Origin: Obrimoposthia wandeli
Taxonomy: Eukaryota
Assembly (NCBI GenBank): GCA_977020255.1
Contig: CDROCS010006802.1
Coordinates: forward strand, 1 to 64,000
Direction of reading: 5' to 3'
Length of the DNA stretch: 64,000 nucleotides
Shown: in pieces, positions 1-10,077 of the stretch
Layout: every line of letters begins with the position of its first letter
Numbering within the stretch: position 1 is the first letter of the stretch
Made by a program: the position numbers and the translations under genes
Notes under the pieces: model-generated
Databases searched by the model: none
Told to the model about the DNA's origin: nothing
Seen by the model: only the letters and a program-made list of their open reading frames with translations

Positions 1-343
1 AATGCCGTATTGCTTGTCCGTTATGCGCAGATACCCAGTTTTGCCCCCACAGTTCACGAATAAAAGGATGGGTATTGGCTAGGCAAACTTCCCCAACATT
101 GGCTTGGCGAATATGGCATAACGCCGTTTTACTTTTAATCGGGTGACGCTGCACCATATCGGCGATTTTAGATTCTGCGCTGGGGCTAGATTCATGAAAG
201 CTGCGGACGCCTTTGCCTTCGTAAAAAGCAACACCCCAGCCATCCTTATGCGGGCCCGTATTACCACCGCGCTGAGTTAAACCAGTGAAGCTAAAACATA
301 AATCGGTGGGGGTATTGGCACTCATGCCAAGTAATTCACACAT
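1..343 (-). CDS. yafJ: Class II glutamine amidotransferase / Ntn hydrolase, YafJ family (5' part; runs off the window)
   Basis: Not in the ORF track. Manual translation from ATG at 343: [43 protein letters not shown]...[35 protein letters not shown]. It has the catalytic Cys2 and the DGWG, HIR, NTHPF and AHNG motifs. Confidence 0.9.
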   Translation of the reverse strand, partial: MCELLGMSANTPTDLCFSFTGLTQRGGNTGPHKDGWGVAFYEGKGVRSFHESSPSAESKIADMVQRHPIKSKTALCHIRQANVGEVCLANTHPFIRELWGQNWVSAHNGQAIRH

Positions 344-358
344 GCTGAATCCTGATCA

Positions 359-1331
359 TTAAAACTGGGGTTTCGCCGCAAACTGCTGAGTAGCATAGGC
401 TACACGTTCATCTGCACTGGGATACCGGGTTGGGGTCGCAAGTGCTTCAATGTTTTGCAACCGCGGCAACAAGCCAGCGCCATTGGCTATTTGAATCGTT
501 AGCCCAGGGCGAGCGTTAAGCTCTAGTACCATAGGGCCATCTTCTTTATCTAATACCATGTCCGCTCCAACATACCCTAGACCCGTCATTTCCCAAGCAC
601 TGGATGCCAAGATCAATAAGTTCTGCCAATTAGGCACTACCAAGCCGTTAAGCGCCATCCCGGTATCAGGATGATGAGTGACGGGATGGTCAAATTGAAC
701 CGCACGCACCGCTCGACCCGTCGCGATATCTAAACCCACACCCACAGCACCTTGATGCAAGTTGGCTTTGCCGTCTGATGCCGCTGTTGAACAATAATCA
801 GCATCTGGGATATCCCTTAAATACAATCTGCCGCGTATCAAGCGCATCATAGCTATAACCGTCAAACGTAACATCATCAAATTTAATCAGATTTTCAACC
901 ACGGCCACGTCATTTTTACCGCCTAATGAAAATAAACCCGCTAACGCATTACTAATGTGTCGCTCTACACCCGCTTCATTAATGACTTGTCCCGAAGGCT
1001 TAATGTACTCGCCGTTTGCATGAGAAATAACGACCAAAATACCTTTACCACCGGAACCTCGGGCTGGCTTAATCACAAAGCCCGGCCAATGTTTCACCAT
1101 CTCATGAATGCGTTTCACTTCAGCTTGCTGAGCAATAACACCGATCAATTTAGGCACTGTGGCGCCATGTGCTTGGGCAATGATTTTTGTTTTAAGTTTA
1201 TCGTCGACCAAGGGGTATTTCGAACGATCGTTATAGCGCCCAATATAAGCGCCATTACGTTTATTCATTCCCATCACACCCTTAGCGTGAAGTTTTTTTG
1301 GCGAAGCAAACAGGGAAAATACAGAAAACAT
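359..1331 (-). pseudogene. Alpha-L-glutamate ligase-like (RimK-related, ATPgrasp_ST) ATP-grasp protein; frameshifted near 790-805 as sequenced
   Basis: ORFs 798..1331 (GMNKRN, LVDDKLKTK, FVIKPARGSGGKGILV) and 359..880 (SDGKANLHQGAVGVG, MVLELNARPGL) are two halves of one ATP-grasp gene. About 16 nt lie between ..FKGYP and STAASDG.. where about 7 codons are expected. May be a sequence error. Confidence 0.85.
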
Positions 1332-1334
1332 AAT

Positions 1335-2817
1335 TTAGTTTTCCGCGAGTGATTTAAATCTTTTTAGCTCTAACAAGCGATAGCCTGTGTAGTTACCTAA
1401 TATTAAGATAGCTGCTAAAACGATGAACTGAGAGCCAATAAAATTGAAAGTCGCATGCTGAACATAAGGATTGGTCATGGCTAAATAAATCAGCACGGCC
1501 GTAAACAGCGATCCTCCACCTTGCATAAAGACTTCTTTTGCCCCTTCCTCTTCCCACAAAATAGACATGCGTTCAATCGTCCACGACAAGATAATCATCG
1601 GGAAGAAGGTAATGGTTAACCCTTGAGTTAAACCGATATTAAAAGACACGATGGTAAAGACAGAAATAATTAAAATAACCGAAATAATCACCGCTGATAT
1701 TCGCGAGACTAAGAGTAAGTTGAGCTTAGATAAATAGCCTCGAATAACGAGCCCTGTTCTGTCAGTAAAAACCAATAATGCCCGGCAAGCGCTGGGTTTT
1801 GCTTGCCAAAAGCCACAACAGTAGCACGGGCATAAAGTCTGATGTTTTAAAGCGATTAATACCCGTAAACGCACAATTAATGCTGGCAGAATTAACATAA
1901 TGGTTTTAAACATCGCTTGCTCTTCTAATGGCAAGCTATGAATTGAGAAGTTTAATAAATGATCGGCGATGGCTTTTTTCTTAGTGGCCGTTGTTGGTGT
2001 GATATCTTGAGAAATCATGGAATAAAACACCTTGCTGCGTTTCCCCCCAATCACATCTAGCAGCGATACGTTCGATTCGTCCCAAATAAGTACATTATTT
2101 TGCACCCGCTGTTCATTAGTCTCTGGGTTAAACAACCGCCATGCATTACCGTCCCACACTTCAATCATTGGAATAATGGATTGGCGGCGGCGACCATCTT
2201 CAAGCTCAACAACGCCCACCGTTTTACTGTAAACATTGGAAGACGCGAGTAGCTTGGAAATTGCTTCGACTTTATTAAAATCATTGAGCATCAATGAGGC
2301 ATTTTGGTTATCAAAGTCATTGAGCTGCTTAATCAGTTCGCGGGCAAAGGTAACATTGTCCGCCGGGCGTTGCGCAATAACCAGCGTGTACGGCGCTGTG
2401 ACGCGCTGAGCGTGGGGTAATGATCAATCTTTCTACAGGAGAAATGGTAGAAATAGTGGCTTGCGGATCAACCAAAAACTGGGTTTTATAATAAATCGTT
2501 TGCGCGCCTTTAGCATTGCGAATAGACCATTCAGCACGGCGACCAGTATCGGTATTAATGTACGAGAGACCATAGCCTGAAGAAGAGGCACTGTCATCGA
2601 CTAGGGTAAAACCCGCTTGTGTATGAGGCACGGCAAAGGAGACCTTGGCGGGCCCACCTGAGGCTACAAATTCAATACGCGCTTCAATGTCCCAAACTTG
2701 TCTTGATTCACTCGGCGTCCATGGCACACCATAATCTTGATGACGCATGATACTTAACGTAACCCCGATAATGACAAGTATGGCAATCAGAAAATAAAAT
2801 GGCACTCTAGATGTCAT
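1335..2817 (-). pseudogene. Inactive transglutaminase fused to 7 TM helices (Transglut_i_TM / 7TM_transglut); frameshifted as sequenced
   Basis: ORF 2329..2817 (N-terminal TM, YGVPWTP, WDIEARIEF) continues in another frame as ADNVTFARELIKQLNDFDNQNASLMLND into ORF 1335..2294 (ELEDGRRRQS, WDESNVSLLDV, TFFPMIILSWTIERMSILWEEEG). The segment at about 1760-1890 is garbled by apparent compensating indels. Confidence 0.85.
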
Positions 2818-2831
2818 AACGCTCCCTTAGA

Positions 2832-3618
2832 TCAATCTAAGTTAATTTTTATATTTTTTTGGCAGGTTTCTTTGGTGCTTTCGACTCAATAAAATCTCGA
2901 CTAACATCAACCAAAGCAACATCTTGAATAAATTCACGCCCTAATAAATACGGGGTAATCTTTCATGCACCCTTCCAATTTTAACCCACAGCTCAATCAC
3001 GGAACGGCGCTCTAATTCATTGGTACTGGACTGACGAATTTTAACATGGCGAGCAATCGGTGCCTCGACCCACTTACGATTTTCGGGTGCCGTTCCTGCA
3101 TCTGATACATGGAATTTAACCCATTTTTTACCATCACGTTCAAATTTTTGCATATCAATAGCATTAATTGAAGACGTTGTAGCTCCTGTATCAACCCGCG
3201 CAACAAATGAACTTTTTACCACATCAATATAGATTCTTTCTAGCGAACCGAGTGTCACCATACCCGTGCGAATTTGAGGTTCTAAATCAGCGACGACAAC
3301 ATTAGAGGATGCACTAGGATTGTTAGACGTAATTGGATTAAGGGTTACCGCAGTGAGACTTTTGGCTGGGGCATTAGCCCGTTGACGTTTTTTCAACGAT
3401 GCCACATCTCGGCTTAGCTTGCTGATTTTAGATTCTAAGGCATTGATATAATCAGTTTGCTTATTTACATTGGAATCTAACACCTCAAGTCGGCGGGTAA
3501 TATTCTGCTCACTGCTGCTCACGGCCTCGAGTGTCTTGTTCAAAGACTGCTCTGGACTCATAAAAGCACAACCAGAGAGTAAGGCCAGTGCAGCAAGACT
3601 TATTGTATTTTTTAGCAT
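2832..3618 (-). pseudogene. Lipoprotein with coiled coil and RimB-like retropepsin aspartic peptidase domain; 3' end frameshifted as sequenced
   Basis: Lipobox LLSG-C after MLKNTISL (ATG 3618), heptad region, ARVDTGATTSS motif. The C-terminal motif LLGREFIQDVALVDVSRDFI is in another frame ending at TGA 2832-2834. The track ORF stops prematurely at 2941. Confidence 0.8.
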
Positions 3619-3931
3619 GTTAGCGGCTATAACCTTGGCAAATAATGACAATATAAATTTGAACATATCTCGATATCATTATGAGATATTTGTCACGAAG
3701 GCCGCTATCTTAAGGGATTTCTATTCAGGTGGGAACTACACAGTAGTCATATCTAAAGCAACAAACGCATTAGCGAGGCTAATAACTGCAGAAAAGCCCA
3801 TAAAGAAAAAAGGGGCTCTATAAGCAACAGCCTTGTCGTTGGCTATTCGTTAGCCATCGGTGCTTTAGCCAGTTACTTATAGTTGTTTGTTTATAGTTGT
3901 TTTCTTATAGTCATTTATAACGGTGACATAT

Positions 3932-4447
3932 TTATTTAATATAGACTTTCTCAGAATCTGTCAGGTCAATACCTTTGGCATCCAAACAGACTTCAACTGT
4001 CCAGTCGATACGGCGGCGATTACTATTCATCAGCGTACCTAGGGTATTTAGAACTTGTCCAACCTTAGAGCTTTCCATGCTTGATTCCCCAGAAGCTGGC
4101 ACAGTAATTTCAAAACTATGTACATTATCAAAGCCCTTTTCATAATGTGCTTTTCCCTCTATAACGTGCTCATCACGATAGACTTCATGGGTCTCTGTCG
4201 TATCCTTGCCATCACTGTCTTTACGCTTGATTACTTCTTCAGCGACCAGTGCAACAAACAATTTATTACCCTCAATGGGCTGTTTGGCCACCATACGAAA
4301 TTGGCCTTTAATCGTTTCTCCGGCTGAGAAGCTCGTTTGACTCAGCTCCAACTTAATGGAGCCTTTGAGAAATTTAAGAATAAAATAACCTGCTATTGCC
4401 ATGGCAAGTAATGCGATCCCTGCAAAAACCATATTTTCTATCGACAT
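3932..4447 (-). CDS. Membrane-anchored arrestin-N / Spo0M-like fold protein (hypothetical)
   Basis: N-terminal TM (MVFAGIALLAMAIAGYFILKFL), then a beta-rich pattern: IKLELSQTSFSAGETIKG, HSFEITVP, IDWTVEVCLD. Start taken at ATG 4447. Confidence 0.6.
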   Translation of the reverse strand: MSIENMVFAGIALLAMAIAGYFILKFLKGSIKLELSQTSFSAGETIKGQFRMVAKQPIEGNKLFVALVAEEVIKRKDSDGKDTTETHEVYRDEHVIEGKAHYEKGFDNVHSFEITVPASGESSMESSKVGQVLNTLGTLMNSNRRRIDWTVEVCLDAKGIDLTDSEKVYIK

Positions 4448-4502
4448 ATTGTGCTCCTTTAATACGCGGGGTAACGGTTGATTTTCTCTCCCCATTTAGA
4501 GT

Positions 4503-5390
4503 TTAACTAAGTGCTGCGTTAAAGGCTTGCGCTAAGTCAGGATGGTTGAACTGAAAACCTTTATTTAATAATTCAGTCGGCATCACGTTAGCGCCCCCTA
4601 ATAATAACAACTCACCCATTTCACCAAACAATAGCTTAACCATAAACTCAGGCATCGGTAAGCAAGCAGGTCTGTTTAAACAACGCGCTAAGGTTTGGCT
4701 GAATTCGGTATTCGTTACGGCATTAGGGCTGGTTAAGTTTACTGGGCCTTCGATATCGGTATTATTTAAAATAAAATCAATCGCCCTGACTTCATCGTCC
4801 AAGCTGATCCAGCTCATGTATTGCTCACCAGTCCCTACTCTTCCCCCTAAACCAAGCTTGAACGGCAGCAGCATTTTCTGCAATGCGCCCGCTTCTTTAC
4901 TCAACACAATGCCACTGCGTATAAATACGGTTCTTATATTACTGGCCACGGCAGGTTTTGCAGCGTCTTCCCAAGTCGATACAATTTCGGTTAAGAAGTT
5001 ATCACCAGCAGCGCTAGATTCGTCCACACACGTCGAGCCACTATCACCATAAAAGCCGATGGCACTGGCATTGATGAACACACTGGGCGGTTTAGGCAGT
5101 GCGGCAAAGGTTTCAGCGAGCAGTCGAGTCGAATCTACTCGGCTATTAACAATGTCTAACTTACGCTGCTTCGTCCAAGGTTTATCACCGATATTGACGC
5201 CATTAAGATTAATCACCGCATCGATGGCTAGGTTAGCATCGAGAAATATTTTCTTTTTCTCTGGCTGCCAAGTAAGCAATGCCCCAGAGTCATTACGAGC
5301 AAGGATATGAACCTCATGACCTTGAGTGCGTAAATAAGAGGTTAAGGCCTTACCAATGAGCCCTGATGCGCCGCTGATTAATATATTCAC
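4503..5390 (-). CDS. yfcH: TIGR01777-family NAD-dependent epimerase (YfcH/SDR39U1-like)
   Basis: MNILISGASGLIG Rossmann motif, ASAIGFYG, FKLGLGG, GEQYMSWI, GPVNLTSP. Confidence 0.9.
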   Translation of the reverse strand: MNILISGASGLIGKALTSYLRTQGHEVHILARNDSGALLTWQPEKKKIFLDANLAIDAVINLNGVNIGDKPWTKQRKLDIVNSRVDSTRLLAETFAALPKPPSVFINASAIGFYGDSGSTCVDESSAAGDNFLTEIVSTWEDAAKPAVASNIRTVFIRSGIVLSKEAGALQKMLLPFKLGLGGRVGTGEQYMSWISLDDEVRAIDFILNNTDIEGPVNLTSPNAVTNTEFSQTLARCLNRPACLPMPEFMVKLLFGEMGELLLLGGANVMPTELLNKGFQFNHPDLAQAFNAALS

Positions 5391-5602
5391 AATAAACTCT
5401 CACTTTGATTCGTAACGAATAAATATTTAAGCATAATCCGCACAGACTGCCCATTAAAAGGATGCCACTTAACAATCGATTACTTAGCAACCAATCAATT
5501 CTTTGATACAATGCGCCGGTACACACTGATGCAGAAATCAGTGTCTTTTAACCAACTTAATCTTGTCCATCACGATTAAGTGTCTGATACGGACTTTTCC
5601 AA

Positions 5603-6505
5603 ATGACAGATTCAAACTCTCCTGCTGAAAGCAACAACTACCCAACTAGCACGCTAACAACCAGCACGCCTTTAGTCGGTAAATACGCCACTCTAGAAGT
5701 TGGCGAACTTTTACCGATGGGTGCGTTATTAATTGCAGGAGAATTTGGCAATATTTTATTGCCTAATAAACAAGTACCCGACAATTGCAAAGTCGGCGAT
5801 ATCGTTAAGGTATTTATTTACCTTGATTCCGAAGACCGTGTTATTGCAACCTGCCAACGCCCACGCGCAACCGTAGGCCAAGTTGCTAATCTTGAAGTCG
5901 CCGACGTCAATGAAATGGGCGCTTTCTTAGACTGGGGCTTGGTAAAAGATTTATTTTTACCGTTCGCAGAGCAAAAGACGCGCTTAGAAGCGGGCCAAAG
6001 CTGTATTGTGTATGTGTACATGGATAATACCGATCGTATTATTGCGACTACCCGCTTAAATCGCTTTATCAAAGATGAAGTCGCTGTAATGTACGATCAT
6101 TATAATCCAGGTGATAAGGTTCGTATTCTTATCGCGGCTCGAACTGAGCTAGGTTATAAAGCCGTCGTTGATAATAAATACTGGGGCTTGATTCACCATA
6201 CCGATATTCGCCAACCGATTCGCGTAGGCCAAAAAGTGGATGCGTATATTCGTAAGCAGCGCGATGATAAGCGCTTGGACTTAAGCTTGCAGCCTATTGG
6301 TTATCAAAAAGTAGGGGGTTTGTCTGAGCAAATAATGCAGAAAGTTGAAGAAGGCAATGGCTTTCTCGCGTTAAGCGATAAAAGCCCTGCCGAGCTGATT
6401 GAAATGCATTTTGGGGTGAGTAAGCGCGCCTTTAAGATGGCCATTGGTAAGCTTTATAAAGATCGTAAAATCACGATTGAAAGTAAAGGTATTCGCGCTA
6501 TTTAA
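5603..6505 (+). CDS. cvfB: CvfB/YitL-family S1 RNA-binding protein
   Basis: VFIYLDSEDR, GAFLDWGLVKDLFLPFAEQ, C-terminal winged helix (LSDKSPAELI..FGVSKRAFKMAIGKLYK). Confidence 0.9.
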   Translation: MTDSNSPAESNNYPTSTLTTSTPLVGKYATLEVGELLPMGALLIAGEFGNILLPNKQVPDNCKVGDIVKVFIYLDSEDRVIATCQRPRATVGQVANLEVADVNEMGAFLDWGLVKDLFLPFAEQKTRLEAGQSCIVYVYMDNTDRIIATTRLNRFIKDEVAVMYDHYNPGDKVRILIAARTELGYKAVVDNKYWGLIHHTDIRQPIRVGQKVDAYIRKQRDDKRLDLSLQPIGYQKVGGLSEQIMQKVEEGNGFLALSDKSPAELIEMHFGVSKRAFKMAIGKLYKDRKITIESKGIRAI

Positions 6506-6514
6506 TCCGTCTTA

Positions 6515-6544
6515 ATTGCCAGCGTTTGATTACTCGCTGGCAAT
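6515..6544. terminator. Hairpin between the convergent cvfB and hypothetical genes
   Basis: ATTGCCAGCG-10 nt loop-CGCTGGCAAT, a perfect 10-bp stem followed by CATTTT. Confidence 0.6.
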
Positions 6545-7213
6545 CATTTTACGCATACCGTCAAAAGTATACAGCACAACAAAAGGGGCAACATTTGAAT
6601 TGTAGGCTAATAGCGCACCTTCAATGTAGCTCCATTTTTTTAGCAAGGGTTGATATCTAGCATCGGCTTGTGCTAACTCAGCCAACTGTTTTTTCAATAT
6701 ATTAATTTGTTGCTCTAACGGCACATTGCTATAGCTTACGCCGTAGCCACCTGTGGTTGCATTGGCATAACCCATGTACTGACTTAAAATAGTTTCCATC
6801 TTAACCTGAACATCAGTAATGCCACTTACTTCACTCGCAGCCCGCGCATCAATGATTGCATTTAATTCTTTTCGATAAATACTCCAACCCGCTTCAAGAC
6901 TCATATCTGCACCATCAAAGCGATAGCTTTGGTACGATTCTACAAAATCAGAGATTTCTTGCCACTTGAGTTTCAATTCCACTTCCGAATCTGGAAGTAA
7001 AGCGATCGCTTGATCACCTTGATTCTTAGCATTCAATAAGCGAGTACGATTACGGTCGTCGCCTTGAAAATATATAAACGAGGAAAAAGAGGAAAAAAGC
7101 TGTAGGCTGGAAATTTTGAACTGAATAAAACTATCAACATCTGGTTCGGCGTGAGCAGCCAAAGACGAGAGTAGCAAACTAATAAATAAGACTTTTTTTA
7201 TTATGTATTTCAC
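6530..7213 (-). CDS. Secreted/periplasmic helical hypothetical protein
   Basis: 227-aa ORF with a signal peptide (LLLSSLAAHA-E), co-oriented downstream of der. Confidence 0.7.
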   Translation of the reverse strand: MKYIIKKVLFISLLLSSLAAHAEPDVDSFIQFKISSLQLFSSFSSFIYFQGDDRNRTRLLNAKNQGDQAIALLPDSEVELKLKWQEISDFVESYQSYRFDGADMSLEAGWSIYRKELNAIIDARAASEVSGITDVQVKMETILSQYMGYANATTGGYGVSYSNVPLEQQINILKKQLAELAQADARYQPLLKKWSYIEGALLAYNSNVAPFVVLYTFDGMRKMIASE

Positions 7214-7276
7214 AAGAATCCTTCTGCATACTTATTGTAAAGATTAAGTATGCAGAAAAATTTTGTTTAATACAAT

Positions 7277-8794
7277 CTAACGTTTTTTAGCACGCTGCTT
7301 ACGCGCTTTTTCTTTCTTAATAGCACGAATATTTTGCGTACGCTCCATTTTCTTCATACTAAGCTGGTGAAGCGAAGGCCCTTCTTTCTTTGCTGCGAAA
7401 GGATTTTCAGCGCTCTTGAAGTTCATTCGGATCGGCGTACCGTGAATGCTCAATACACGACGGTAGGTATTCGCTAAGTAACGCTTATACGCTTCCGTTA
7501 ACTTGTCTGTTTGCGTACCGTGAACAACCAATATCGGTGGGTTAGAACCCCCTTGGTGTGCATAGCGCAATTTAACACGACGGCCGTTAACCATCGGCGG
7601 CTGGTGATTTTTCACCATGTCTTCTAGCAAGCGTGTTAGCTGGCTCGTTGACCATTTAGCCATAGCCGACTCATAGGCTTTATCAACAGACGCGTACAAG
7701 TTCCCGACGTTACTACCGTGCAGAGCTGAGATAAAGTGAATGTCGGCATAAGTAATAAATTCTAAGCGACGATCTAACTCAGTCTTAACCCGTTCACGAT
7801 CTTCCGCGGTCATGCCATCCCATTTATTAATGGCGATAACTAATGCGCGACCTGCGTTTAATACGAAGCTCAACATGTGTAGATCTTGTTCAACAATACC
7901 GTCTTTGGCATCAAGAACTAGAACACAGACATGGCAATCTTGGATTGCTTGCAACGTTTTAATAATCGAGAATTTTTCAGCGGCTTCAGTAATGCTCTTA
8001 CGACGACGAATACCCGCGGTATCGATCAAGGTATAATCTTGGCCGTGACGCTCGTAAGGAATATAAATACTGTCTCGTGTCGTGCCCGCTTGGTCATAAA
8101 CCACAACGCGCTCTTCACCTAAGAAGCGATTAATCAGTGTTGATTTACCCACGTTCGGGCGACCCACTACCGCAATCTTAATGCCTTTAACGTTCAACTC
8201 TTCGTGCTGAGTTTTAATATCAAGAGGGGCTTCTTTTTCGCCGTAAAGCTCTTCCCACTCTTCATAGCCCGTCAATTCACGCTCGACTTCAACTTCTTTC
8301 GGGCCATGCAGTTCGGTTAGAACGTGTTCAATTAGGGTATTAATACCGCGGTTATGCGCCGCCGCAATAGGAATAGGCTCGCCCATACCCAATTCATAGA
8401 ATTCGGCTAGAACAACATCCGGGTTACGGCCATCAATCTTGTTGGCAATAACGTAAGCTTCTTTGCCTTTTTTACGCAGATAGTCAGCCAGCAGATGATC
8501 GGCATGAATGATCCCCGACTGTGCGTCCACCATAAATAATACGATGTCGGCTTCTTCGATTGCTAGAAAAGACTGTGAAGCCATTTCTGCATCAATACCA
8601 ACTTCTTCACCACTGATACCGGCGGTATCAATAACGATGAAAGGTTCATCGCCAACTAGGCCTTCACCGTATTTACGGTCACGGGTTAGACCCGCAATTT
8701 CAGCTACCAAGGCATCACGTGTCTTGGTTAAGCGGTTAAATAAAGTAGATTTCCCAACATTGGGACGCCCTACAAGGGCAATTACAGGAACCAT
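7277..8794 (-). CDS. der: Ribosome biogenesis GTPase Der/EngA
   Basis: Two [10 protein letters not shown]-domains, DTAG motifs, KH-like C-terminus. Confidence 0.98.
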   Translation of the reverse strand: MVPVIALVGRPNVGKSTLFNRLTKTRDALVAEIAGLTRDRKYGEGLVGDEPFIVIDTAGISGEEVGIDAEMASQSFLAIEEADIVLFMVDAQSGIIHADHLLADYLRKKGKEAYVIANKIDGRNPDVVLAEFYELGMGEPIPIAAAHNRGINTLIEHVLTELHGPKEVEVERELTGYEEWEELYGEKEAPLDIKTQHEELNVKGIKIAVVGRPNVGKSTLINRFLGEERVVVYDQAGTTRDSIYIPYERHGQDYTLIDTAGIRRRKSITEAAEKFSIIKTLQAIQDCHVCVLVLDAKDGIVEQDLHMLSFVLNAGRALVIAINKWDGMTAEDRERVKTELDRRLEFITYADIHFISALHGSNVGNLYASVDKAYESAMAKWSTSQLTRLLEDMVKNHQPPMVNGRRVKLRYAHQGGSNPPILVVHGTQTDKLTEAYKRYLANTYRRVLSIHGTPIRMNFKSAENPFAAKKEGPSLHQLSMKKMERTQNIRAIKKEKARKQRAKKR

Positions 8795-8841
8795 AATAAT
8801 TTAGTTATCTTGTTCAAATACTTACTGACTAACAGATTGAG

Positions 8842-10077
8842 TTAGTTAGCTAGCTGCAAAAGCAGCAATTCACCCGCATTGGTATAGGCTAGCAGACCTT
8901 TTGAGGTCGATTGCATCACACTACGGATACCAAAATCTTTGCCACGCAAAGGACGCCAGTTATTCATCTCTGGCTGGTTCGGCAAGGTCATGTGTAATGG
9001 TTTAGGACGAACACTTAATCGCCCTACCATTGCTCCATCCACTTGCGCTAATACATGCACATAGCCTTCAAAATCAGCCACTACGATATAGTTCTCGTAT
9101 TCAACAGGCTGATTTAAGAAGCGTCCTTGTAGTGCTGATTGACTCCATACGGAAGCACCATTAATTTGATCATAAGCTTGAACATGATCATCGTCACGGG
9201 TGACGTATAAATTTCCTAATCCTAACGCAGGGCCAAAATAGCTCGAAAGCTCTGTTTCCCATTGCGTTTTACCATCATAACCGATCGCAGATAATTTACC
9301 GTGATAGGCTGTTGCATAAACAATACCCTGATCAATTAACGGCGTGCCATCAAGATCGACTAGGCGTTCTAATTCTGAACGGCCTTGAGGAATCGCTAAG
9401 CGTTTATTCCAACGAGGAATACCGAGTTCACGATCCACAGCCACCAATTTTCCGTTGGCAAAACCAGTAATCACTAAATTCTGCAGCAGCACAGGTGAAC
9501 CCGTGCCATGTACCGTCAATACCGGCAATGCCGCTTCATAAGTCCAGTTTTGCTTACCACTGGTACGCTCAAAGGCTGTTAAATGGCCATCGATAGTACG
9601 AATATAAACCTGGCTGTCGTCAACCACTACCGGTGCAATACTTTCACTGCTAAGCGGCTTTGACCATTGAATTTCACCACTACTTTTAGCAATACTGTGC
9701 AATAAACCATCTTCCGTTGCGATGTACAGATCGTTTTCAGCAATCACGACACCACTGGTAATTTTTTGATCAAACTTCTGCGACCAAATTTTATCACCCG
9801 ACGCTAATTCCAATGCCCATAGTTGGCCATTATAATCAGCGGCATAAACATTGTCGCCGCTCTGCGCAGGACGCAGGCGAATGTTCTTCGCCCCCGACCC
9901 CTTACCTAATGTACGGCGCCATGCGACATCAACATCGACAGTTTCATCAAAGCTACTAAGTTCAGCTGGGCCACTATCGACCTTAGCCGCTAATGCTTCA
10001 GACTTTGTCTCTTGGCTACTGCAGGCCAGTAAAAACAGACTGGCCAATACGGCAATTACTAATTGAGGCTTCATCAA
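8842..10077 (-). CDS. bamB: Outer membrane assembly lipoprotein BamB
   Basis: Lipobox LLAC, PQQ-like repeats, GRSELERLVDLD; sits between yfgM and der. Confidence 0.95.
   Translation of the reverse strand: MMKPQLVIAVLASLFLLACSSQETKSEALAAKVDSGPAELSSFDETVDVDVAWRRTLGKGSGAKNIRLRPAQSGDNVYAADYNGQLWALELASGDKIWSQKFDQKITSGVVIAENDLYIATEDGLLHSIAKSSGEIQWSKPLSSESIAPVVVDDSQVYIRTIDGHLTAFERTSGKQNWTYEAALPVLTVHGTGSPVLLQNLVITGFANGKLVAVDRELGIPRWNKRLAIPQGRSELERLVDLDGTPLIDQGIVYATAYHGKLSAIGYDGKTQWETELSSYFGPALGLGNLYVTRDDDHVQAYDQINGASVWSQSALQGRFLNQPVEYENYIVVADFEGYVHVLAQVDGAMVGRLSVRPKPLHMTLPNQPEMNNWRPLRGKDFGIRSVMQSTSKGLLAYTNAGELLLLQLAN

Noticed and set aside
79-267. 62-aa track ORF
   Set aside because: It is an alternative frame inside yafJ; the real frame starts at 343 and runs off the window.
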